Shown here: in pieces, positions 24,033-32,000 of the stretch | How the letters are laid out: every line of letters starts with the position of its first letter | Numbering within the stretch: position 1 is the stretch's first letter | DNA from: Kaiparowitsia implicata GSE-PSE-MK54-09C | GTDB lineage: Bacteria > Cyanobacteriota > Cyanobacteriia > Elainellales > Elainellaceae | Assembly (NCBI GenBank): GCA_019359435.1 | Contig: JAHHHI010000097.1 | Coordinates: 1-32,000, forward strand | Reading direction: 5' to 3' | DNA: 32,000 nt | Notes under the pieces: generated by a model | Database searches by the model: none | Told to the model about the DNA's origin: nothing | The model's input: only the letters and a program-made list of their open reading frames with translations | Made by a program: the position numbers and the translations under genes

Positions 24033-26054
24033 TTAGCGAACTCGCAGCCCAAGGACAAAATTGACGACGCGGTCGGCGTAGATATCAACTGTGTAGTGCC
24101 CGTTGCGGTTGGCCTCTACTTGAGAATTATCAATGACACGACCATCCGGTGCCCGCAGCATCATAAACGCATCGCCCTGGATGAGATCGGCAGAGAGCGT
24201 TTCACCTTGTCGCAGCCTGACGCGGTAGCGCCGCACCGTAGTAGGGTTCACCTGGTCGCTGACTTCAATCCGCTCTCCCGACCTCACACGCACGTTCTCT
24301 TCTCTAAGCGTCAGGTCGTCATCCGAATTTCCTTCAGAATCATCACCAGAATCATCCTCAGAACCATTACCAGAATTCTCGGGACTGGGTTCGGGGATTG
24401 GCTCTGGCTCGGGGCTAGGTTCTGGCTCGGGGCGATCGCGCCGGAGTTGCAACGTGTAGTTCACCTGCCCAAACTCATCCAGCGGCCTAACCTGCACCGT
24501 ATAGGTGCCCGACTGCCGCACCTGACCCTGCCAATCCAACGCGGTATCCGCCAAGCTATCGACCGGACGCTGGTCTGGCCCCAGCACCGACATCACAATG
24601 CCATCGCCCTCCAACCGGGCGTTGAGGGTATCGTCGCCATCTAAGGCAAAGCTGTAGTTAATCCACTGATTGCCTTGCAGGTTGCCCCGCAGGTCGGTGG
24701 TTGCACCTGCTGCAAGCCCAATGGATTGGTCAAAGATGACGGGTTCACTGGGGGTAGGGGTAGGTGTGGGGCTGGGCGTGGGTGTAGGCGTGGGCGTGGG
24801 TGTTACTGTTTCAGTCGGAATTGGGCTGGGCTGAGCTCCAATGTCGGATGATCCTTCATTCATCAGCGCAGTGACCACAGCCCACGAGGCCACACCGGTA
24901 ATCACCGCAAGCCCCAAGCCCATGCCAATCACCGCCCAGGGGTTCTCCCAGGCGCCCGAGCGAGTGGGAGAGGGAGCCACCACAGGTGTTGTATGGCGGG
25001 GACGGTTCTGCGGCTGAGCCGACGATGCCGCCATACCGGTTGGGTTCGTAATCGGACGCCGCCCCACGGCCACCGTTCGCATTTGAGACAGGTTGGTGCC
25101 AGGCTGCACAGGTGTGGCCCCTAAGGGCAGCGGTGGCGCAGGCGGCACTCCACTGCCCTTAGGGGAAGCAGTCGGGACGACGGGTGAAGTCGGTGGTGGG
25201 GGTAGCGCATTGGTGCCGCCAAACAGCGGTTGTAGCGCTTGCGCCACCTCACTCACGGATTGATAGCGATCGCTCGGGCGATAGCTCAGCAGTTTGTTGA
25301 TCACCGCCGCTAGGGTCGGATGCACGGTGACATAGCGCTGCCAGAACCAGGTGGTGGTCACGTCGTCATAGAGCTCCTGCGGTTCTCGCCCAGTGAGCAG
25401 CACAATAGAGGTGACCGCCAAGGCGTAAAGGTCGCTGTTGGGGTAGGCCCGCCCGGTCTGCATTTGCTCAGGCGGGGCAAAGCCCAGTTTGCCTACGGTA
25501 GTAGAGCCGTAGCCCGTTTGCAGTTGCACTTGGGTGGCGATCGCCTTGACCACGCCAAAGTCAATCAGCACCGGGGTTTGATCAGCCTGGCGCAAAATGA
25601 TGTTATCGGGCGCAATGTCACGGTGAATCAGCCCCTTGGCATGAATATGGGCCAGCACGGGCAGCAGTTGTCGAATCAGCCGCTGCACATCTGGTTCTGA
25701 GAACGCCATGCCCGTATGCTTGCGTTCGGTGAGCAGGTCACGGTAGGTTTTGCCTTCCACGTAGTCCTGCACAATAAACAGTCGCTGGCCCTCTTCAAAC
25801 GTGGCGCGAAACTGCGGAATCTGAGGATGGTTGATTTGGTATAGCGTTTGCGCCTCGCGCTGAAAGAGTTCCCGCGATTTGCCCAGGGCATTGTCGCCCA
25901 CCTGACTGGGGATAAATTCCTTGACCGCGCAGCGCTCGTTAAAGCGCCCCACGTCTTCGCCTAGGTAGGTGCACCCGAATCCGCCCTGCCCCAAGATGCT
26001 AAGCAGACGATAGCGGTTTTGTAAGATCGTTCCCGGTAAAAAAGGTGGTTGCAT
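24033..26054 (-). CDS. Transmembrane Ser/Thr protein kinase with a duplicated extracytoplasmic beta-rich domain
   Basis: The Hanks kinase motifs are GQGGFGCTY, CAVKEF, HRDIAPDNIIL, DFGVVK and APPEQ. One TM helix is present (VIGMGLGLAVITGVASWAVVTAL). There is a (TP)n linker and a PEPEPSPEPEPIPEPSPE linker. Two related C-terminal modules of about 95 aa follow. Confidence 0.93.
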   Translation of the reverse strand: MQPPFLPGTILQNRYRLLSILGQGGFGCTYLGEDVGRFNERCAVKEFIPSQVGDNALGKSRELFQREAQTLYQINHPQIPQFRATFEEGQRLFIVQDYVEGKTYRDLLTERKHTGMAFSEPDVQRLIRQLLPVLAHIHAKGLIHRDIAPDNIILRQADQTPVLIDFGVVKAIATQVQLQTGYGSTTVGKLGFAPPEQMQTGRAYPNSDLYALAVTSIVLLTGREPQELYDDVTTTWFWQRYVTVHPTLAAVINKLLSYRPSDRYQSVSEVAQALQPLFGGTNALPPPPTSPVVPTASPKGSGVPPAPPLPLGATPVQPGTNLSQMRTVAVGRRPITNPTGMAASSAQPQNRPRHTTPVVAPSPTRSGAWENPWAVIGMGLGLAVITGVASWAVVTALMNEGSSDIGAQPSPIPTETVTPTPTPTPTPSPTPTPTPSEPVIFDQSIGLAAGATTDLRGNLQGNQWINYSFALDGDDTLNARLEGDGIVMSVLGPDQRPVDSLADTALDWQGQVRQSGTYTVQVRPLDEFGQVNYTLQLRRDRPEPEPSPEPEPIPEPSPENSGNGSEDDSGDDSEGNSDDDLTLREENVRVRSGERIEVSDQVNPTTVRRYRVRLRQGETLSADLIQGDAFMMLRAPDGRVIDNSQVEANRNGHYTVDIYADRVVNFVLGLRVR

Positions 26055-26722
26055 AGCCCCGTTAAATCATCCTCAGCACAGCACGATGACCCATCTGCGC
26101 ATAGTCTGCATAATGCACAAACCGCACAACGCACAATAGTACGACTACATCGAGTCGCCTGTCGATTACGGACAGTTGATGAAGTGGGCTAAAACTGGCT
26201 GGATTCTGTCGGGTTTTGGTGAAACTAGGAGGCGATCGCCTGTTCCCAAAAAGCTATACCCAAGCCCATACCCAACGCCCACATCTCTATTAAGCTCTAT
26301 CCAACGATAGCGCGACCCCATCCGCCTATTCATCACAATCTGTATTGCGTTTGTAAGGCTCCAGAGTCCGTCCACCGCAGGGCCGTCAGCCTGAGTCAAT
26401 CCCCAAAAGGGGTTGCCCAGCATTCTTCTAGATGCCAGTTGGGTGAAGATGTGTCTTACGCAATTGGACAATTTTTGGGAAGCTCAGCCTTCCCAAAATC
26501 CTCTTTAGCGTTAAGTTTTGGTGTTTTGAGACGCGTTTCCGTTGCACGGGCTTGGCTCACGCCACGGCATGGCGACTGCTGATTTGCGAATAGTGGGACG
26601 GAGTTTTGGGCATGGCGCGGCGTTCTGCTCAAATTTGTGCAGCAAATCAGCCCTGTCTTGTGGATTATCCAGAACCCACGATGGATAATCAAACAGGACT
26701 CAACGTGTGGGAGGGTGGTGTG

Positions 26723-27760
26723 ATGCAGTTTCGCCAAGTGGTGCAGGCACTAGGGCAGGTAGAACACAGCAGTTTAGCGATAGAAGCCAATCTTGACCCG
26801 CAGTTGCTCGGCATGGCCGCTGTCAACGAAGCCCAGGCCGGCCAACTGGCCTATATCGGAGGGGATAAACACGCCAGCCAAATCACCACAACCCAGGCTA
26901 GTGCGTTGATTTTGCCGTTTGATCAGGCGTTGCAAGCCGCCGCGACGGAGCGCGGCATCGCCTGGGTGGCGGTGCCGCATCCCCGTTTGGCTTTCGCCAG
27001 GGCGATCGCTCTGTTTTATCAACCGTTTCGGCTGGCTCCGGGCATTCATCCCACTGCAGTGATTGACCCGTCGGTGCAGTTGGGCGAGGGCGTCGCCATT
27101 GGGCCGCATGTGGTGATTCAGCCGGGGTGCACAATTGGCGACCACGTCTGCATTCACCCCAATGTAGTGATTTATCCCAAGGTAACGGTGGGCGATCGCA
27201 CCCTGCTGCATGCCAACTGCGTGCTGCACGAGCGCTGCCAGCTTGGGGCTGATTGTGTGATCCATGCTGGAGCAGTGATTGGCTCTGAAGGCTTTGGCTT
27301 TGTGCCCACCGCCGAGGGCTGGCTCAAGATGGAGCAGTCAGGCATCACCGTGCTGGAGGATGGGGTAGAAGTCGGCTGCAATTCCACCATTGACCGTCCT
27401 GCAGTAGGCGAAACGCGCATTGGTCGCCAGACCAAGCTCGACAACCTGGTTCACATTGGCCATGGCAGCACGATTGGCGAAGCCTGCGCGCTGGCGGCCC
27501 AAACGGGGTTGGCCGGTGGGGTACGGGTGGGCAATCGGGTCATGATGGGTGGGCAAGTGGGGATAGCGAATCAAGTTCATGTGGGCGATCGAGCACAAGT
27601 GGGCGCTCAAAGCGGATTGCATCACGATATTCCGGCTGGCGAAGTGGTTTCGGGCACGCCCGCCATCAGCAGCCGTCTCCATTTCAGAATCGCGACTCTG
27701 TGGAAACGTCTACCAGAGATGCATCAAACGCTGAAACAGCTTCAGCGCGAAAAATCCTAA
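26723..27760 (+). CDS. lpxD: UDP-3-O-acylglucosamine N-acyltransferase
   Basis: I chose the start at ATG 26723 (MQFRQVVQALG...), giving 345 aa, the usual LpxD length. The N-terminal uridine-binding region is followed by a long left-handed beta-helix of hexapeptide repeats (IHPTAVIDPSVQLGEGVAIGPHVVIQPGCTIGDHVCIHPNVVIY...). Confidence 0.92.
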   Translation: MQFRQVVQALGQVEHSSLAIEANLDPQLLGMAAVNEAQAGQLAYIGGDKHASQITTTQASALILPFDQALQAAATERGIAWVAVPHPRLAFARAIALFYQPFRLAPGIHPTAVIDPSVQLGEGVAIGPHVVIQPGCTIGDHVCIHPNVVIYPKVTVGDRTLLHANCVLHERCQLGADCVIHAGAVIGSEGFGFVPTAEGWLKMEQSGITVLEDGVEVGCNSTIDRPAVGETRIGRQTKLDNLVHIGHGSTIGEACALAAQTGLAGGVRVGNRVMMGGQVGIANQVHVGDRAQVGAQSGLHHDIPAGEVVSGTPAISSRLHFRIATLWKRLPEMHQTLKQLQREKS

Positions 27761-28012
27761 GCGGGGTCGGAAGGGGGGGATAGATCAGGTGCGAACTGAT
27801 GCAGGCGTTGCTGAGGGGCGATCGCCCTCTGAATCCATCTCCTCTGCTCCCGTTTTGGGAGACGCTAGGACTTCCTCCAAAGGCTGCAAAACAGCGTTCA
27901 AAGCGCGCATTGAGACGTTGAGGGTTGTGGAATCTACGTGCAGCGCGCAGGTTTTATAACCCAGGTTCATTAACAGACCTACTCTAACCCTCACGCCGAA
28001 AGAGCAGCATAG

Positions 28013-29305
28013 CTAGCGAATGAGCGATAGATCTACCGAGCCAAAGTGCGCGCTCAGCGCCACATTCATATTTTCTAGCGCAATGACTAACCACTCCACC
28101 GTATCCCGCGTGTAGCCTTCATAATGACTAAACAAGACAGAAAAGCGCCGCTCTAGCGCAGGCTTGACCTTGCGGCAGAGCAGAATAATTTTTAGCAAAA
28201 TGCCCGTGGTGAGCACAGGCCCCAAGTTTGTGATCAGATCGACAAAGACATAGTGATTGGGGCGGCTGGGGCTTTCTACCACCAAGAAATTGAGGATCTG
28301 GCTACACATCCGCACCAACAAAAAATCATCTAAACGCTGAGAGTTGCTTTCAGGCGACAAGTTTTGCAAATAGTCGTAGAACTGGTTGTTGAACTGGCGC
28401 TTGCCATACTCTGGGTCAACTGACGCCGTGATGTATTCGTACAGATCATCCTTAAAGCCCTGAAGCGTTTGACCACAGCTATTGTGGATGAGGAAATTGT
28501 GGGCCAAATCTTTGTAGGAGCGGTAGCCGTCAATTCGCCCGGCATAGTGGCTAAGCGCTTGATTTACCTCTTCATCACTGAGCAATGTGGGGTTGCAGAC
28601 GGGCTGAATCAGCCGGGGGACGGGCCGAACACCAGACTGCACATCGGCTGTGGATTGCGATCGCCGCGCTTGATACGTCACATATTGAGACAGATCTAGC
28701 TCAAATTTACGCTGCACGTCGAGCTGAATATGGCGCACTGTTTGCTGCTGCTCATCGGTGCTGTCTTCACTCAGCAAGCAAAATTCATAGAGGTAGGGAT
28801 ATCGACGAATCAGCGTCCCCAAGGGGCGGTTGCCAGCTTGGCCATTGGCTTCGGCTGACTGGCTGACCACCTGAGCCAGCCGATTCAAGGTCAAATATTG
28901 TTCTGTTTCTATAAAACGGCGCACCAACTCCCGCTGCCGCCGCAGCGTGCGTGATCGATTCAGATAGCCTGGCGCTGTCGGCGACACCTGCCTAAACATC
29001 TCGATCAGTTCTAGAACCGCGGCCTGGTTTACTTTTCTAGACTGCCAGCGGTTGATCAGAATGTGGCAACACCGATTCAGCACAAAGCGAAACTCGGCTA
29101 GCGCGACACGCGAATTAACCACATGGTCGAGCGCATGGAGAATTTGCGCATCTGGGTATTGAGTTCCATCAATGAATAGGTCATGGAACCGCTGCAGCAT
29201 CTCGTCTGGAGAGTCTACCTCAATCCAAAACAGCAGATGGTCGTAAATCATCTGCTCGTGTGGGGTGATGGTTCGGCTAAAAGGGTTAGATGCTGCGATG
29301 ACCAC
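28013..29305 (-). CDS. Conserved-looking hypothetical protein (430 aa)
   Basis: A long ORF with host-like composition. It has a GTG start at 29305 preceded by GAGGAG 7 nt upstream. No family or motif was recognised. Confidence 0.7.
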   Translation of the reverse strand: MVIAASNPFSRTITPHEQMIYDHLLFWIEVDSPDEMLQRFHDLFIDGTQYPDAQILHALDHVVNSRVALAEFRFVLNRCCHILINRWQSRKVNQAAVLELIEMFRQVSPTAPGYLNRSRTLRRQRELVRRFIETEQYLTLNRLAQVVSQSAEANGQAGNRPLGTLIRRYPYLYEFCLLSEDSTDEQQQTVRHIQLDVQRKFELDLSQYVTYQARRSQSTADVQSGVRPVPRLIQPVCNPTLLSDEEVNQALSHYAGRIDGYRSYKDLAHNFLIHNSCGQTLQGFKDDLYEYITASVDPEYGKRQFNNQFYDYLQNLSPESNSQRLDDFLLVRMCSQILNFLVVESPSRPNHYVFVDLITNLGPVLTTGILLKIILLCRKVKPALERRFSVLFSHYEGYTRDTVEWLVIALENMNVALSAHFGSVDLSLIR

Positions 29306-30349
29306 GTCAGCGCTCCTCAGGTAGGCTCAGGGGATGTTGATAGATGTTGATAACAGATGGTGACGATAGACAGGACGGGATCAGGATTAGGGGGAAGACA
29401 GAGGCTGGATGAAACCTAAAATTGCAAAACTCAGACTACAAAACCTGACTTACTGTACCGCTTGAACTCACTTGTTTAAAGCTGTGAGCGCACGATGCCC
29501 AAAAGTGAGGGGCCTAATGGGGCGTTATTTAACTGTCGGGAACGGCCTTGGCGTTTATGCCAAGGGTGCTGCTGCTCATCGCTAAAGCAATGCAATTTGA
29601 GTGAAGCGGTTTGGGAAAGGGGGGAGGGTGGGGCGCCTTCCATATCAAGTAACGCATGAGTCTCTCTCTGCTGCATCACTGTTTTTCGCGTCTATCCCGA
29701 CTTGACGCTGGCTTGACCCGCCTAAACGCGCTCGAGCATTCAGCGCTTGCCTGACTTAGCATCTCTCTAAACAGGCTCTAAACAAACCATCGGAAGAGTC
29801 AGGGGGCTGGGTGCTAAGCGGCTAGACGAGCTGAGAGATGAGAAAAGTTCCACAACCGGATGCGCAATTGGAGCGCGGCAATCAGCCTGTTTTGGGCCAT
29901 CAGAAACCCTGCCGCCAGAGCCTTGCTTGAGGCACCAGAACCCGAGAGAACACTACCCGAGAGAACACTGATCTCTCAATCTTTGTACTTTATATTACAG
30001 GGCGCCATGCGCGCAGGGTTGTGATTGGAGTCACAGCTACTTAAAGATTTGGTAAATTTACTGAGATTGCCGTCAAATCTTGATGAAGTTTGATTGGACA
30101 GCGTTGGGGCTGGTAAAACAAGCGATCGCCCTTTAATGCGCCAATTTGGGCAGACGACAGCAGCTATCTGTGTGCTAACCCGTCTCTGTAAAAACACGGA
30201 GAGGTGGCGCAACTGCTTAGTCCTTTCGATATTTCGCTGTAGAGCCTCTATCGCTTCTCTAGGTTCCTCTGTTGTTTCTCTGAGTCAATGCGCGCAGCGA
30301 GCGTAGCGCGAAGGGGTATGATGACTGCTGACGCATCGGCGTAACGAAT

Positions 30350-31765
30350 ATGGGGTTTGGCATCGAATTGACAACGCTGGCAGAGGTGATTGCCGCAACG
30401 GCGGTCATAGGCACGGCACCGCCTCAGCTGCAGGTGCGCCAGATTGTGACGGATACGCGGTTGCTGCAGCCAGGGCAAGTGTTTTTGGCGCTGGTGGGCG
30501 ATCGCTTTGACGGGCATAAGTTTTTGACTGTGGCGAGGGAGCGAGGGGCGATCGCCGCTATCGTGTCTCGTGTGCCAGAGTCCCGTGTGCCAGAGTCTCT
30601 AGTATCAGAAGATGCTGGGGATCTGCCGCTGCTTCTCGTGTCAGATACGCTAGCGGCCTATCAGGCGATCGCCCGCTGGTGGCGGCAGCAGTTTCCGCAT
30701 CCTGTTGTGGCGGTGACGGGGTCGGTGGGCAAAACCACAACCAAGGAGCTGATTGCGGCAGTGCTGGGCACACAGGGCGCCGTGCTGAAAACCCAGGCCA
30801 ACTTTAATAACGAAATTGGCGTGCCCAAAACCCTGCTAGAGCTAGACCCCGATCGGCACCAATTTGCTGTGATCGAGATGGGTATGCGGGCCGCAGGTGA
30901 GATTGCGCTGTTAACCCAAATCGCGCAGCCGACCATCGGCGTAATCACGAATGTGGGCACGGCGCATATTGGGCGGTTGGGGTCTGAGCAGGCGATCGCC
31001 CAAGCCAAATGTGAGCTGCTTCAGGCCATGCCATCGGGAGGAACCGCCATCCTCAATTACGACAACGCGCGGCTGATGGCAACGGCTGCCCAGGTCTGGG
31101 AGGGAGAGACGCTAGTCTATGGGCTCACGGGGGGTGATGTGCAGGGCACATTGCTAGATGCCACAACCCTAGTGGTAGACGAGATGTCGTTTGCGCTGCC
31201 GTTGCCTGGAGCCCACAACGCGCTGAACTTTTTGGCGGCCCTGGCCGTGGCTCGCGCCGCCGGGGTGGACTGGGGGGCGATCGCCCAGCAGTCGGTGTCT
31301 GTGCAGCTTCCTCAGGGGCGGGCGCAGCGCCTCGATCTGCCGGGCGATGTGGTGATTTTAGATGAAACCTACAATGCGGGGCTAGAGTCAATGCTGGCGG
31401 CGCTGCGGCTGCTGGCAGACACCCCCGCAACCCGTCGCATTGCGGTGCTGGGCACAATGAAGGAATTGGGCGATCGCGCCCCTGATTTCCACCATCAGGT
31501 GGGTGTGTCCGTGCGGCAGATGGGGATCGATCATCTGCTGGTGTTAGCAGACCCCGCAGAGCGCGACGCCTTATTAGCGGGTGCGGCCCCTCTGTCCGCC
31601 ACCGCCTTTGTCGATCAGGCGAGTCTGGTCGAGCGGCTGCTGGTGCTCGTGCAACCGGGCGATCGCCTCCTGTTTAAGGCGTCGCGGTCAGTTGAGCTGG
31701 ATCAGGCCGTGCAGCAGTTTAGCCAGCGCTTTAGCCAGCGCTATGGCACGGTGCCTCAGGTATGA
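30350..31765 (+). CDS. murF: UDP-N-acetylmuramoyl-tripeptide--D-alanyl-D-alanine ligase
   Basis: 471 aa. The Mur-ligase P-loop is VAVTGSVGKTTTKE. NFNNEIGVPKTLL, EMGMRAAGEI and ITNVGTAHIGRLGS are present. The N-terminal motif is DTRLLQPGQVFLALVGDRFDGHKF. Confidence 0.93.
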   Translation: MGFGIELTTLAEVIAATAVIGTAPPQLQVRQIVTDTRLLQPGQVFLALVGDRFDGHKFLTVARERGAIAAIVSRVPESRVPESLVSEDAGDLPLLLVSDTLAAYQAIARWWRQQFPHPVVAVTGSVGKTTTKELIAAVLGTQGAVLKTQANFNNEIGVPKTLLELDPDRHQFAVIEMGMRAAGEIALLTQIAQPTIGVITNVGTAHIGRLGSEQAIAQAKCELLQAMPSGGTAILNYDNARLMATAAQVWEGETLVYGLTGGDVQGTLLDATTLVVDEMSFALPLPGAHNALNFLAALAVARAAGVDWGAIAQQSVSVQLPQGRAQRLDLPGDVVILDETYNAGLESMLAALRLLADTPATRRIAVLGTMKELGDRAPDFHHQVGVSVRQMGIDHLLVLADPAERDALLAGAAPLSATAFVDQASLVERLLVLVQPGDRLLFKASRSVELDQAVQQFSQRFSQRYGTVPQV

Positions 31766-31863
31766 GGTCGCCACCAAAGATGGGGAACAGTGCTGCCCTA
31801 GTTTTTTTGGGGCCACCAGTGGAATGGGATCGTGATTGATTTTAACGAGGACACCCCCGCCGA

Positions 31864-32000
31864 ATGAAGCTTCTCTGCATCAGCAATGGTCATGGAGAAG
31901 ATGCGATCGCCCTGCGCATTCTCCAGCAATTGCGGGCGCTGCCCCATGCGCCCGAGCTAGCCGCGATGTCGCTCGTGGGCGAGGGCAGTGCCTACACCCA
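31864..32000 (+). CDS. Lipid-A-disaccharide-synthase-related protein, N-terminal fragment (runs off the right edge)
   Basis: ATG at 31864 gives MKLLCISNGHGEDAIALRILQQLRALPHAPELAAMSLVGEGSAYT. The MKLLxISNGHGED opening matches my memory of the cyanobacterial LpxB-related family. Only 45 codons are visible. Confidence 0.45.
   Translation, partial: MKLLCISNGHGEDAIALRILQQLRALPHAPELAAMSLVGEGSAYT

Noticed and set aside
24015-24644. 209-aa plus-strand ORF overlapping the kinase C-terminus
   Set aside because: It is opposite a well-supported kinase reading frame and shows no recognisable domain.
26166-26737. ORFs of 101 aa and 93 aa (minus strand) in the 670-bp divergent region between the kinase gene and lpxD
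   Set aside because: They have no SD, no motif and overlapping frames. The region is more simply the two divergent promoters and leaders. A database search could overturn this.
29333-29969. Possibility that the tandem repeats in this window represent a CRISPR array or minisatellite
   Set aside because: Each has only two copies, units are 10-15 bp, and there are no spacers or repeat-spacer periodicity.

Overview
The window looks like cyanobacterial chromosome. The HIP1 octamer GCGATCGC is very frequent, and the core genes are GC-rich and typical of the phylum. They are recQ, a pentapeptide-repeat protein, a VanX-like dipeptidase, a peptidoglycan-binding protein, two class-C flavodiiron proteins, a Ser/Thr kinase, lpxD and murF. 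I found no rRNA, tRNA or CRISPR array. Two accessory regions stand out. (1) An AT-richer, HIP1-poor block of about 9 kb (about 4.5-13.5 kb) lies between recQ and the pentapeptide gene. It carries one minus-strand operon of five genes: C5 DNA methyltransferase, GHKL (Bergerat-fold) ATPase, Z1-domain P-loop NTPase, PD-(D/E)xK protein and AIPR protein. The last four genes are joined by three consecutive ATGA stop/start overlaps. This is the best candidate for the interesting system: a methylase-linked, multi-enzyme defence module with no known mechanism. From memory, the gene set resembles the Mza (MutL-like/Z1/AIPR) architecture. (2) The left 1.4 kb looks like a decayed integron platform. It has a 61-codon IntI-like N-terminal fragment on the + strand. 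Cassette-like genes (brnTA toxin-antitoxin, a GNAT fragment) diverge from it. A 95-bp attC-like imperfect palindrome separates those genes, and phased GTTATRC-type repeats sit in the attI position. Smaller observations: a Uma2 nuclease gene sits between the two flavodiiron genes, there is a cluster of G/C-rich hairpins, a 1-kb non-coding gap precedes murF, and 10-15 bp tandem duplications recur, two of them in frame within murF. All calls come from reading the sequence and recalling family motifs. No searches were run.
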